Origin: an uncultured Micavibrio sp.
Lineage (GTDB): Bacteria > Patescibacteriota > Minisyncoccia > Moranbacterales > GCA-2747515
Direction: 5' to 3'
Assembly: GCA_964427825.1 (NCBI GenBank)
Contig: CAYRUU010000001.1
Coordinates: 1-61,255, forward strand
Length of the DNA stretch: 61,255 bases
Of this stretch, positions 10,079-17,452 are shown one piece after another. The notes beneath the pieces are model-generated. The model made no database searches and was not told where the DNA came from. It saw only the letters and a list, made by a program, of their open reading frames with translations. Positions within the stretch are counted from its first letter, which is position 1; the number at the start of each line of letters is the position of its first letter. A program made the position numbers and the translations under genes.

Positions 10079-10561
10079 CTATTCATCATGACCGAAATTA
10101 TTTGCCATCTTAATGAGAGTACTTCTTCCAACGGGATATCTCTCCATTGCTTCAATATTATTCTTGAGGGCCATCACATACAGTACCGACTGCTCAAGAA
10201 CGGAGTAGGTACCATCATTTTCCAGAAATACCATGTATGCCGTTGCCATAGCATCACCATATCCACTACAGTTCAATATCCACTCCATTGCAATATAGTG
10301 GTAATTAAGATAATTACTATAGCCAATCGTATCGATAAACTTAATAGACTGCACTTTAATCTCACCTTTACTTGTAACAGCAAGGTAATCCACAATACGC
10401 TTTTTAATCTCATTGCGTATTGTCACAGATTTGGAAATATCCTTCACGACTGCCGTATTGGAAATAATAACATCCTGCTCTTTTTTCCCTGGACACCCCG
10501 CGAGAATCCCTGTAATAATGACACACACACATCCAATGATAACCCTATGTATTATATTCAT
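10079..10561 (-). CDS. lipoprotein, function unknown
   Basis: 160 aa with a signal peptide ending in the lipobox ILAGC. The gene is AT-rich. Confidence 0.6.
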   Translation of the reverse strand: MNIIHRVIIGCVCVIITGILAGCPGKKEQDVIISNTAVVKDISKSVTIRNEIKKRIVDYLAVTSKGEIKVQSIKFIDTIGYSNYLNYHYIAMEWILNCSGYGDAMATAYMVFLENDGTYSVLEQSVLYVMALKNNIEAMERYPVGRSTLIKMANNFGHDE

Positions 10562-11041
10562 GACTCCCTCCCAAGATTTTCATGAAGAAAAGAAAATCCC
10601 AACCGTATCACAAAATACTCTTGTATTTTTAATGAACGATTGGGATCCGTTTATCCCATAGAAGTTACCGATGGTATATTCTGTAACTTTTATGGAAATT
10701 ACGGATATCGGAGTATTATAGCATTGTTTTTATTTCCTGTCAATAGTCCTTTTTTCTTTTATATATTGTGTTTTTTATTATTGTATCATTTCACTGTATC
10801 ACTCCAACCGAGATGTGTAGGACTTAATACTACTGTCGCCAGACACGGAGAATTTTTTCCTTTTACAGTATAGATATGATCATGCGTCGGACATCGTCAA
10901 TGGAATCATCTATGTCTAATATACCACGTAATCCTCTGTTATGTAAGTAGATAACCTCTTTATGGCAGTACGTATATCTCACTTATCTATTTAATAACTA
11001 ATACTCTATAATTATATAAATCTATTATTAGTTATTAGTAC

Positions 11042-11279
11042 TGTGGATAAGTAGATAAGTGGGGAAAATCTCTCAATGATCGGGAAAAAGTGTCGTGGAG
11101 GATTGTTTACGAATTGACGGCGCGTTGTGGGGAAAACGGAGGTGAAATATTTATGGATGCATTACTCACAGATTTCACTGAAAATACACAATGTTGTACA
11201 GGGTTAGTGATATAGTTATACAGGAATTATATGGAATTTATCCACAGGTTACTGTGGATAAGATACAAAAATGTGAATA
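11042..11279. promoter_or_regulatory. DnaA-box cluster beside an AT-rich inverted-repeat tract (candidate oriC or DnaA-controlled site)
   Basis: Perfect boxes: TGTGGATAA at 11042-11050, TTATCCACA at 11238-11246 and TGTGGATAA at 11253-11261. A 1-mismatch box, TGTGAATAA, lies at 11271-11279. The tract 10990-11040 is almost pure A/T and carries the inverted repeat TAATAACTAATA/TATTAGTTATTA. Confidence 0.5.
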
Positions 11280-11486
11280 AGTTGTGGAGGTGTGTATAGC
11301 CATTCTATTGCGCGATGATTGAAAGAGGGAGGATAATATTGTATTGATTTTTGTGGGATGATGTACTATACTGGGAATTTGTGGGTTCGTATAGTATAAA
11401 CTGAAGGTGTCAAAATACATTCGACATGGAAAGAGGGAATCGCGGTGTGGTAATGCTTTTTTATATAAACAAGTGAAAAATAGCGT

Positions 11487-12449
11487 ATGTCAGAGGAATT
11501 TTTGGTGGATGAAACAGGTGTGGGCATGCGTGTGGATCGTTTTTTGGCCGAGAAGTATACAGATCTAACACGTGGAGAAATCGCGCGGATGTTGCGCGCT
11601 GGGCGGATTGTTGTGGATGGCACACAGGTGAAGCCAAGTTTTATCCTGCGCGGTGGCGAGCATGTTTTTGTGGGAGAACAAGAGAAAAAGGAAGAAATAG
11701 TGGTGCCGCACCATGTGCTACCTATGGATTTTGTGGAAAACACAAGGGATTTCGTGGTGATTGATAAGGCGCGTGGTGTGCAGGTGCACCCAAGTCATCG
11801 TGAAAAACAGAAAACACTTGCCAATGCACTTGTGGCACGTTTTCCGCAGCTTGTTGGGATAGGTGATGATGCGATGCGTCCGGGGATTGTGCATCGTTTG
11901 GATAAAGACACAACAGGGCTGATGGTGGTGGCAAAGTCGCAGAAGGCATTTGAGGAGCTCAAAAAAGCGTTTCAGCAGAAGCGTGTGCACAAAGTATACC
12001 ATGCCTTGGTATGGGGTGATGTGAAAGATGTGGAGGGCGTGGTAGATGCGCAGATTGCGCGAGCCACATCATATACCAAGCAAAAAATTGCCTTTGGAAA
12101 ATATGCTGGAGATGCCAAAGAGGCGCGGACGCGTTACCGCGTATTGGCGCGCTATGGTGTGCGTGATGGTGGTGTGGTGTCGTTGGTGGAGCTGTACCCC
12201 GAGACGGGACGTATGCATCAAATCCGCGTGCATATGGCGCATATCGGGCACCCGCTTGTTGGTGATGTGCGTTACTATCGCAAAACAGAGCGAAAATTAT
12301 CTGCACCACTACCAAAAACATGTGATCCATCCACATTTTATCTGCATGCAAAGGAATTGCGTTTTATGCTTTTTGATAAGGAATATCAGTTCACATCTGA
12401 CTATCCGGATCGATTTCGGTGTGCCATTGATTTTTTGGCGAAAAACTGA
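11487..12449 (+). CDS. rluD: RluA/RluD-family 23S rRNA pseudouridine synthase
   Basis: 320 aa with an N-terminal S4-like domain (RVDRFLAE) and the catalytic motif HRLDKDTTGLMV. Confidence 0.9.
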   Translation: MSEEFLVDETGVGMRVDRFLAEKYTDLTRGEIARMLRAGRIVVDGTQVKPSFILRGGEHVFVGEQEKKEEIVVPHHVLPMDFVENTRDFVVIDKARGVQVHPSHREKQKTLANALVARFPQLVGIGDDAMRPGIVHRLDKDTTGLMVVAKSQKAFEELKKAFQQKRVHKVYHALVWGDVKDVEGVVDAQIARATSYTKQKIAFGKYAGDAKEARTRYRVLARYGVRDGGVVSLVELYPETGRMHQIRVHMAHIGHPLVGDVRYYRKTERKLSAPLPKTCDPSTFYLHAKELRFMLFDKEYQFTSDYPDRFRCAIDFLAKN

Positions 12450-12633
12450 GATCAATACAGTGTTTTAATAGTAGTTGATGATGTCTTTTTACTGATGAGG
12501 GTTCCGAAGTGCGTTCGGGATGATGATCAATACATCAGAAATGATCATAAGTGTGTCACGGATGATACGTGTTGTATTCCTTTCACAATCATAAAAATGA
12601 AATCATTGTAAAAAGTAGGTGTGCTAAAAAGAT

Positions 12634-13041
12634 ATGACCAAGAAAAATATCAATCATATGTATGCGGTGAAGCGATCGCGGGCTGGACTGGGGCTTTTTG
12701 CTGTGTGCAATATCACCAAAGGATCGTGGATTATTGAATATGTGGGGGAACGTATTTCTCACGCGGAGGCGGATCGACGTGGTGGACGGTATTTGTTTAG
12801 TGTGAATGACGTAGTGGTGGTGGATGGCAAGGGGCGGGATAATATTGCGCGCTACATCAATCACTCTTGCGCGCCAAATGCGGAGGCAGTGATTGAGGAT
12901 GATACCCACATCATGATCTATGCCATTGCAGATATTGCCGCCGGCACAGAGATTACCTATGATTACGGATCGGAATATGTTGAAGAGTTTATCACGGGAC
13001 GATGTCAGTGTGCACGGTGTTTGTGTGACAAAAATGTGTAA
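12634..13041 (+). CDS. SET-domain protein (putative lysine methyltransferase)
   Basis: 135 aa with the motifs RYINHSCAPN and GTEITYDYG and a Cys-rich post-SET tail (CQCARCLC). Confidence 0.8.
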   Translation: MTKKNINHMYAVKRSRAGLGLFAVCNITKGSWIIEYVGERISHAEADRRGGRYLFSVNDVVVVDGKGRDNIARYINHSCAPNAEAVIEDDTHIMIYAIADIAAGTEITYDYGSEYVEEFITGRCQCARCLCDKNV

Positions 13042-13057
13042 TAGAGATCTTAATAGT

Positions 13058-13085
13058 AAAAACCCCTCCACGGTGAGGGGTTTTT
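13058..13085 (+). terminator. Rho-independent terminator (bidirectional shape)
   Basis: AAAAACCCCTC-cacggt-GAGGGGTTTTT, immediately after the SET gene. Confidence 0.75.
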
Positions 13086-13095
13086 GTATAGTGTG

Positions 13096-13167
13096 AGCGA
13101 GTGAGCGGAATCGAACCGCCATTTCTACCTTGGCAAGGTAATGTAATAACCATTATACGACACTCGC
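13096..13167 (-). tRNA. tRNA-Gly (GCC)
   Basis: Hand-folded cloverleaf: acceptor GCGAGTG/CACTCGC, anticodon loop TTGCCAA, T-loop TTCGATT. Confidence 0.85.
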
Positions 13168-13238
13168 CTGCCTAAATTTTTTCTCAAAAAACTTGGGCGG
13201 ACGTGCGTTGTGACATGTGATTTTTTAGGTGGTAGTTG

Positions 13239-13310
13239 TGGGACTAGCAGGATTCGAACCTGCGACCAAGCGGTTATGAGCCGCGCGCTCTACCTCTGAG
13301 CTATAGTCCC
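13239..13310 (-). tRNA. tRNA with CAT anticodon (elongator Met or lysidine-modified Ile2)
   Basis: Acceptor GGGACTA/TAGTCCC with a paired 1:72 (not initiator-like), anticodon loop CTCATAA, T-loop TTCGAAT. There is a C:T mismatch at 27:43. Confidence 0.8.
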
Positions 13311-13416
13311 AGGTGCTTCGCTTGTCGCCACGCCACCATGTTATCCGATTTTTCCTCCCACGTCAATCACTATTGGTGTGGAGAGAATGCTGCATGTGCA
13401 CCACGTACAATTTTTG

Positions 13417-13488
13417 TGCCGAGGGAGAGAATCGGACTCTCGACACAAGGATTTTCAGTCCTTTGCTCTACCACTGAGCTACCTCGGC
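13417..13488 (-). tRNA. tRNA-Phe (GAA)
   Basis: Acceptor GCCGAGG/CCTCGGC, anticodon loop CTGAAAA, T-arm GAGAG-TCCGATT-CTCTC. Confidence 0.85.
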
Positions 13489-13566
13489 TCAGCACAAAAA
13501 CTGTACGGAGTGCATCGTGTTGTTTTTTGGTGGTACGTGTGCATCATAGCATATTACCACGTCTTG

Positions 13567-13640
13567 TGCACGCTGAGAGATTCGAACTCCCGACCCTCTC
13601 GGTGTAAACGAGATGCTCTAACCAGCTGAGCTAAGCGTGC
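13567..13640 (-). tRNA. tRNA-Val (TAC)
   Basis: Acceptor GCACGCT/AGCGTGC, anticodon loop TTTACAC, T-loop TTCGAAT. Confidence 0.85.
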
Positions 13641-13691
13641 GTTTCTTGCATAGATGGGGTCGCAACCCTTTTTATCATTCTCAATTTTCTG

Positions 13692-13776
13692 TGCCCAGGG
13701 CGGGACTTGAACCCGCACACCCCGTTAGAGGTCTAGGCCCTCAACCTAGTGCGTATACCAATTCCGCCACCTGGGC
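13692..13776 (-). tRNA. tRNA-Leu (GAG), long variable arm
   Basis: Acceptor GCCCAGG/CCTGGGC, anticodon stem-loop CTAGG-TTGAGGG-CCTAG, variable arm, T-loop TTCAAGT. Confidence 0.85.
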
Positions 13777-13818
13777 ATATCATCCACATCGCATACGGCG
13801 ATGTGGAGAGGAAAAATG

Positions 13819-14253
13819 TTATGCTGTTTTTTCCGCAGACTTCTCTTGTGATATCTCTTCTTTTAGTTCCTCTGTTTTTGTGAGTGTGATGTCTGTTTTC
13901 ACATCGGAAAGATCAGTGTATTTGAAGCGTAGTGCCTTACTTGCTTTGTCGCGCACGTAGTAGAGTTTGGATTTACGCACCTGTGCACGTTTCACGAGAG
14001 TGATTTTATCAATATTTGGTGAAAACATGGGGATAATGATTTCCACACCCACACCATTAGATACTTTGCGCACCGTTAGTGTTGGTGAGCTGCTCTGACG
14101 CCCTTTGACGGCAATGATCATGCCCTCAAAAACCTGTATGCGTTCCTTCTCTCCCTCCTTGATTTTGCGGTGAATTTTGACAACGTCGCCGGCGCGCAGA
14201 TCCGCCACTGCCGGTCGCTGAGAGGCATTGAATGTTATGATTTCGTTGTGCAT
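13819..14253 (-). CDS. rplS: 50S ribosomal protein L19
   Basis: Core LRAGDVVKIHRKIKEGEKERIQVFEGMIIAVKG...VGVEIIIPMFSPNIDKI..VRKSKLYYVRD. Start trimmed to the ATG at 14253 (MHNEII); the ORF-track N-terminal extension has poor composition. There is an acidic/Lys C-terminal extension. Confidence 0.9.
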   Translation of the reverse strand: MHNEIITFNASQRPAVADLRAGDVVKIHRKIKEGEKERIQVFEGMIIAVKGRQSSSPTLTVRKVSNGVGVEIIIPMFSPNIDKITLVKRAQVRKSKLYYVRDKASKALRFKYTDLSDVKTDITLTKTEELKEEISQEKSAEKTA

Positions 14254-14529
14254 AGCAACAATATGATTAATAGATGACTTTTCCCAAGGGAAAAAAAGAT
14301 TGTGAAACATGGGATGATAAAGCAGAAAAACTGTCTCCGTGACAGCCGTCAGCATGTCCCCCGTTTTGCAAACCTGTCGTTTATGATAGGACAGGTTTGC
14401 GTTTTCGTCAATATCTTTGCCACATCTTGCCAAAGAATGTGTTTTGGTGTATGATAAGCGGGTAATTGATTATCGTTCTCGTCTGGGGCGGTTGGCACAC
14501 AACGGTCCTATGGCAGAAGCAAAACATGT

Positions 14530-14805
14530 ATGGCATTGACAACGCGCCAAAAGAAGAATGCAACGAAAGATGTGAAGCGGCATGATAGCGACACAGGGTC
14601 ACCAGAATATCAAATCGCCCTCTTCACCACACGGATCAATAAACTTACCGCACACCTCAAGAAAAACAAACAAGACTTTCACTCTCGTCGCGGACTACTC
14701 AAAATGGTGGCAAAGCGCAAGCGACTTATGGACTATCTTGTGCGCACCGATCAAAAAGCGCACAAGGCGGTTATAAAAAAACTTGGTTTGCGGGAGCGTA
14801 AATAA
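14530..14805 (+). CDS. rpsO: 30S ribosomal protein S15
   Basis: 91 aa with GSPEYQIALFTTRINKLTAHLKKNKQDFHSRRGLLKMV. Confidence 0.92.
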   Translation: MALTTRQKKNATKDVKRHDSDTGSPEYQIALFTTRINKLTAHLKKNKQDFHSRRGLLKMVAKRKRLMDYLVRTDQKAHKAVIKKLGLRERK

Positions 14806-14852
14806 TACGCTCTTTTGCATTACGATGATATAATTGGAACATATTTTTTCTT

Positions 14853-15350
14853 ATGAAACACAAAGATCAACGCGTTGCTGTTTTGGTGGATATTCAAAAC
14901 CTCTATTACAGTGCACGTGTCCTCTATGGTAAAAAGGTGAATTTCAAAAACCTCCTCACAACATCGGTGGCAGATCGTAAATTGATTCGTGCCATCGCTT
15001 ATGGCATTTCCACAGAAGAAGCGCAGGAAGAGACGTTTTTTGATGCTTTGGAAAAAGTGGGCTTTGAAGTCAAGGCAAAAGATTTACAAATTTTTGCCGG
15101 CGGACAAAAGAAGGGTGATTGGGATGTTGGTGTTGCCATTGATGCTGTAAAATTAGCAAAGACAGTGGATGTGATCATCATTGCATCTGGTGATGGTGAC
15201 TATATTCCGCTTGTGGAATATATCCAAAACACCAACGGGTGTCGCGTGGAAGGGATTGCCTTTGGAGAATCCACAAGTACGCGCCTCATTGAATCACTCG
15301 ATGACTTCACCAACCTCTCATCTGATAAGCGGAAATTTCTCATCTCGTAA
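14853..15350 (+). CDS. NYN/LabA-like domain protein (putative RNase)
   Basis: 165 aa with VAVLVDIQNLYYS and IIIASGDGDYIPLVEY, typical of DUF88/LabA NYN domains. Confidence 0.8.
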   Translation: MKHKDQRVAVLVDIQNLYYSARVLYGKKVNFKNLLTTSVADRKLIRAIAYGISTEEAQEETFFDALEKVGFEVKAKDLQIFAGGQKKGDWDVGVAIDAVKLAKTVDVIIIASGDGDYIPLVEYIQNTNGCRVEGIAFGESTSTRLIESLDDFTNLSSDKRKFLIS

Positions 15351-15390
15351 CACATGTAGTGTAGACAGCGACAGTTGTATAGAATGAAAC

Positions 15391-15417
15391 AAAACACGGC
15401 AACAAGCCGTGTTTTTG
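15391..15417 (+). terminator. Rho-independent terminator
   Basis: ACACGGC-aacaa-GCCGTGT followed by TTTT, after the NYN gene. Confidence 0.7.
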
Positions 15418-15436
15418 TGTATAACGTGTGCATAAT

Positions 15437-15464
15437 AAAACCACCCTGACGAAAGGGTGGTTTT
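15437..15464. terminator. bidirectional terminator-like hairpin
   Basis: AAAACCACCCT-gacgaa-AGGGTGGTTTT with A and T runs on both sides. Confidence 0.65.
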
Positions 15465-15798
15465 ATTCAGACATATTCCGGCGAATCTTTAGGTCTACTC
15501 TCCACAATATGTCTGGAGTAAGATTCACCGGGCGCCAAGTCGCCCGAAAAAAGATATTTAATGGGCATGGCGCCCGGTATAGTTCGCATGCACGAACATG
15601 TAACCTTTAGAGATTTTTTCGCACCGGGTGAGGTATGCGATCAATCTACTGATGGAACATGTATTTTCTGTACATGCATTTTTACGCACGGTATTCCCAG
15701 GTTACTTTTACCTGCGTATTCTTCCACCATCCTACGGATTTCCCCTAAGTTACTTTAAAGAACAATTCCACATTTTTTTTGTATTTTTGTTTGTGGAG

Positions 15799-15823
15799 AT
15801 AATCCTCGCATTGCGAAGATTAT
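15799..15823. repeat. 25-bp near-perfect palindrome
   Basis: ATAATCCTCGCA-T-TGCGAAGATTAT with one mismatch between the arms. Confidence 0.6.
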
Positions 15824-15904
15824 GGTTTTGTTTTTGTTTTATGCAAAGCCGGGAACTTTGAAAGGCTTTGCGTACGACAATGGTTATTGTCGTAGTAGGA
15901 CAGG

Positions 15905-15955
15905 GGAAGAATTTCCAATCACAAATAGGGGGAAATTGTGATTGGAAATTCTTCC
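15905..15955. repeat. perfect 20-bp inverted repeat (hairpin, 11-nt loop)
   Basis: GGAAGAATTTCCAATCACAA (15905-15924) pairs with TTGTGATTGGAAATTCTTCC (15936-15955). No adjacent T-tract, so it is not a canonical terminator. Confidence 0.8.
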
Positions 15956-16175
15956 TCCATCATGTCATGTTGTGAAAGTACGTACCTTTCGCTCTCTGAT
16001 CAACCTTCTATCACAAGTATACCATTTTTGCAGCATCGCGTCAAAGGTAGTATGTTGTTTTTGTTTTAAACAAAGGGTTTTTGTGTGTTTATTGACAATA
16101 CAAAAGTGCATGTATGTAAAATGTGAAAAAAAGAAAGAAAAACTCTTTCAGAAAAAATAGATTATTATACACAGG

Positions 16176-16214
16176 TTATCCACAATTCCACAACTTATCC
16201 ACATCTTTGGATAA
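16176..16214. promoter_or_regulatory. second DnaA-box cluster
   Basis: Perfect TTATCCACA at 16176-16184 and 16195-16203, plus an inverted 1-mismatch box TTTGGATAA at 16206-16214. Confidence 0.5.
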
Positions 16215-16221
16215 AGAGCAG

Positions 16222-16263
16222 CGAAAAACAACTCCGCACAATACATGGAGCGCTGTGCGGAGT
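16222..16263 (-). terminator. Rho-independent terminator of the 16279-17412 gene
   Basis: On the minus strand, CTCCGCACA-loop-TGTGCGGAG is followed by TTGTTTTT. Confidence 0.7.
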
Positions 16264-16278
16264 GTTCGTGTGGTGCGA

Positions 16279-17412
16279 CTAATAGGTAAAGTCTGGAGAT
16301 GGTTCTTGGTAGGCTGTTTTTTCATGTAGTGTGTCAAAGATGGTGCGTAAGGTGTCTTTTGATGTGCCCACAAGCCACTGATTGTTGAATACGGCATAAT
16401 CAATAGAATATGTCTCCTCCTCATTGAGATTAGCGTAACGCAGCGGCTTGTTGTAGTAGACATTATCGCGGAAAATAATGGGATGAGCTGACACGGTATC
16501 GGATGGAAGGAATAGCGATAGCGCCTGCGGGAGAAGTTGCTCGTGCATTGCGAGTGTGGACTGTAGTGTGATGGGATCTTTGGTATTTACTACGAGACCG
16601 AAACGTATACCGAGCGTTGGGTCGGCATGGGCATATAGTTCAAAGTTTCTGTCAAGAACAGACAGGATGTCTTCCGTTAGACCGAGTTGTGCTGCAATAG
16701 TAAATTGATGAAAAGAGACGGGCGCTGATGCTGTATCGGTGACAATGAAGATGATGGGTTTTGTGGGAGATTGTTGCGGAAGCTTTGTGCGGATTGTGGA
16801 TAGTTGTGTGGTGATGTCGGTTGCGACGGAAGGGTTGTTGATATCAATTGTAAAATAGTTGGGCATGTCTAGTGAATAGGTTGACGGTTCTGGAATGGTG
16901 ACTGCGGGTGTCGTGGGTAGTTCTATAGCGGGAGGTGTTTCCACCGCATCGGAGGGTGTGCTGTCTGTAGGCTTTAGGAAAATGTAGTAGTACACACCGC
17001 CTGCAACAAAGAGGATGAGAAGCACGGTGATGGTGATGACGATGATTTTTCTACCAGGTGATGCGCCCTTTTCCTGCGGCAATTCAGGATTTTTGAGATC
17101 GGCGGTAATATCAGAGATCTCATAATTGATCTTTTCTGGCCCATCACTTTGAGATGGCGCAAAAGTGTTTTTGCCAATACCGTCTGCTTCCGAAGTGGGT
17201 GTATCGGAAAGAAAGGGGTTTGGCTCGGAAGACTGTGCCGGTGCCGGTGTTGCGCGCAAAGGTGTGTTTTGCGGGAGTTGCTGCGTCTGTTTTGGTGCTG
17301 TCTTGCGCGTGGCGTTGTCGCTTTGCATTGTGTGAACGTCAAAAGTTGTGGGGGAAGATTTTTGATTTGTGTTTTTCATAGTGGATGTATGAAACAAAAG
17401 ACATTGCGTCAT
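16279..17412 (-). CDS. membrane-anchored hypothetical protein (disordered N-terminus, one TM helix, extracytoplasmic C-domain)
   Basis: 377-aa ORF. The start may instead be the internal MKNTNQ at 17379. TM helix: IIVITITVLLILFVAGGVYYYIF. Confidence 0.65.
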   Translation of the reverse strand: MTQCLLFHTSTMKNTNQKSSPTTFDVHTMQSDNATRKTAPKQTQQLPQNTPLRATPAPAQSSEPNPFLSDTPTSEADGIGKNTFAPSQSDGPEKINYEISDITADLKNPELPQEKGASPGRKIIVITITVLLILFVAGGVYYYIFLKPTDSTPSDAVETPPAIELPTTPAVTIPEPSTYSLDMPNYFTIDINNPSVATDITTQLSTIRTKLPQQSPTKPIIFIVTDTASAPVSFHQFTIAAQLGLTEDILSVLDRNFELYAHADPTLGIRFGLVVNTKDPITLQSTLAMHEQLLPQALSLFLPSDTVSAHPIIFRDNVYYNKPLRYANLNEEETYSIDYAVFNNQWLVGTSKDTLRTIFDTLHEKTAYQEPSPDFTY

Positions 17413-17452
17413 GCAATGTCTTTAGTGTAGCACAGAATGTTGCGAAATAAAA

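Noticed and set aside
12589-13122. Minus-strand ORF 12589-13122 (177 aa)
   Set aside because: It is antisense to the SET-domain gene, which carries clear family motifs.
13338-13960. ORFs 13338-13607, 13378-13629 and 13637-13960
   Set aside because: They lie across four minus-strand tRNA genes, so they are reading-frame artefacts.
15437-16220. RNase P RNA or tmRNA in the gene-free interval
   Set aside because: No GGAAAGTCC-type P4 strand, no CGGCTTA-type 3' strand, and no tRNA-like TTCGA T-arm with a CCA end on either strand.
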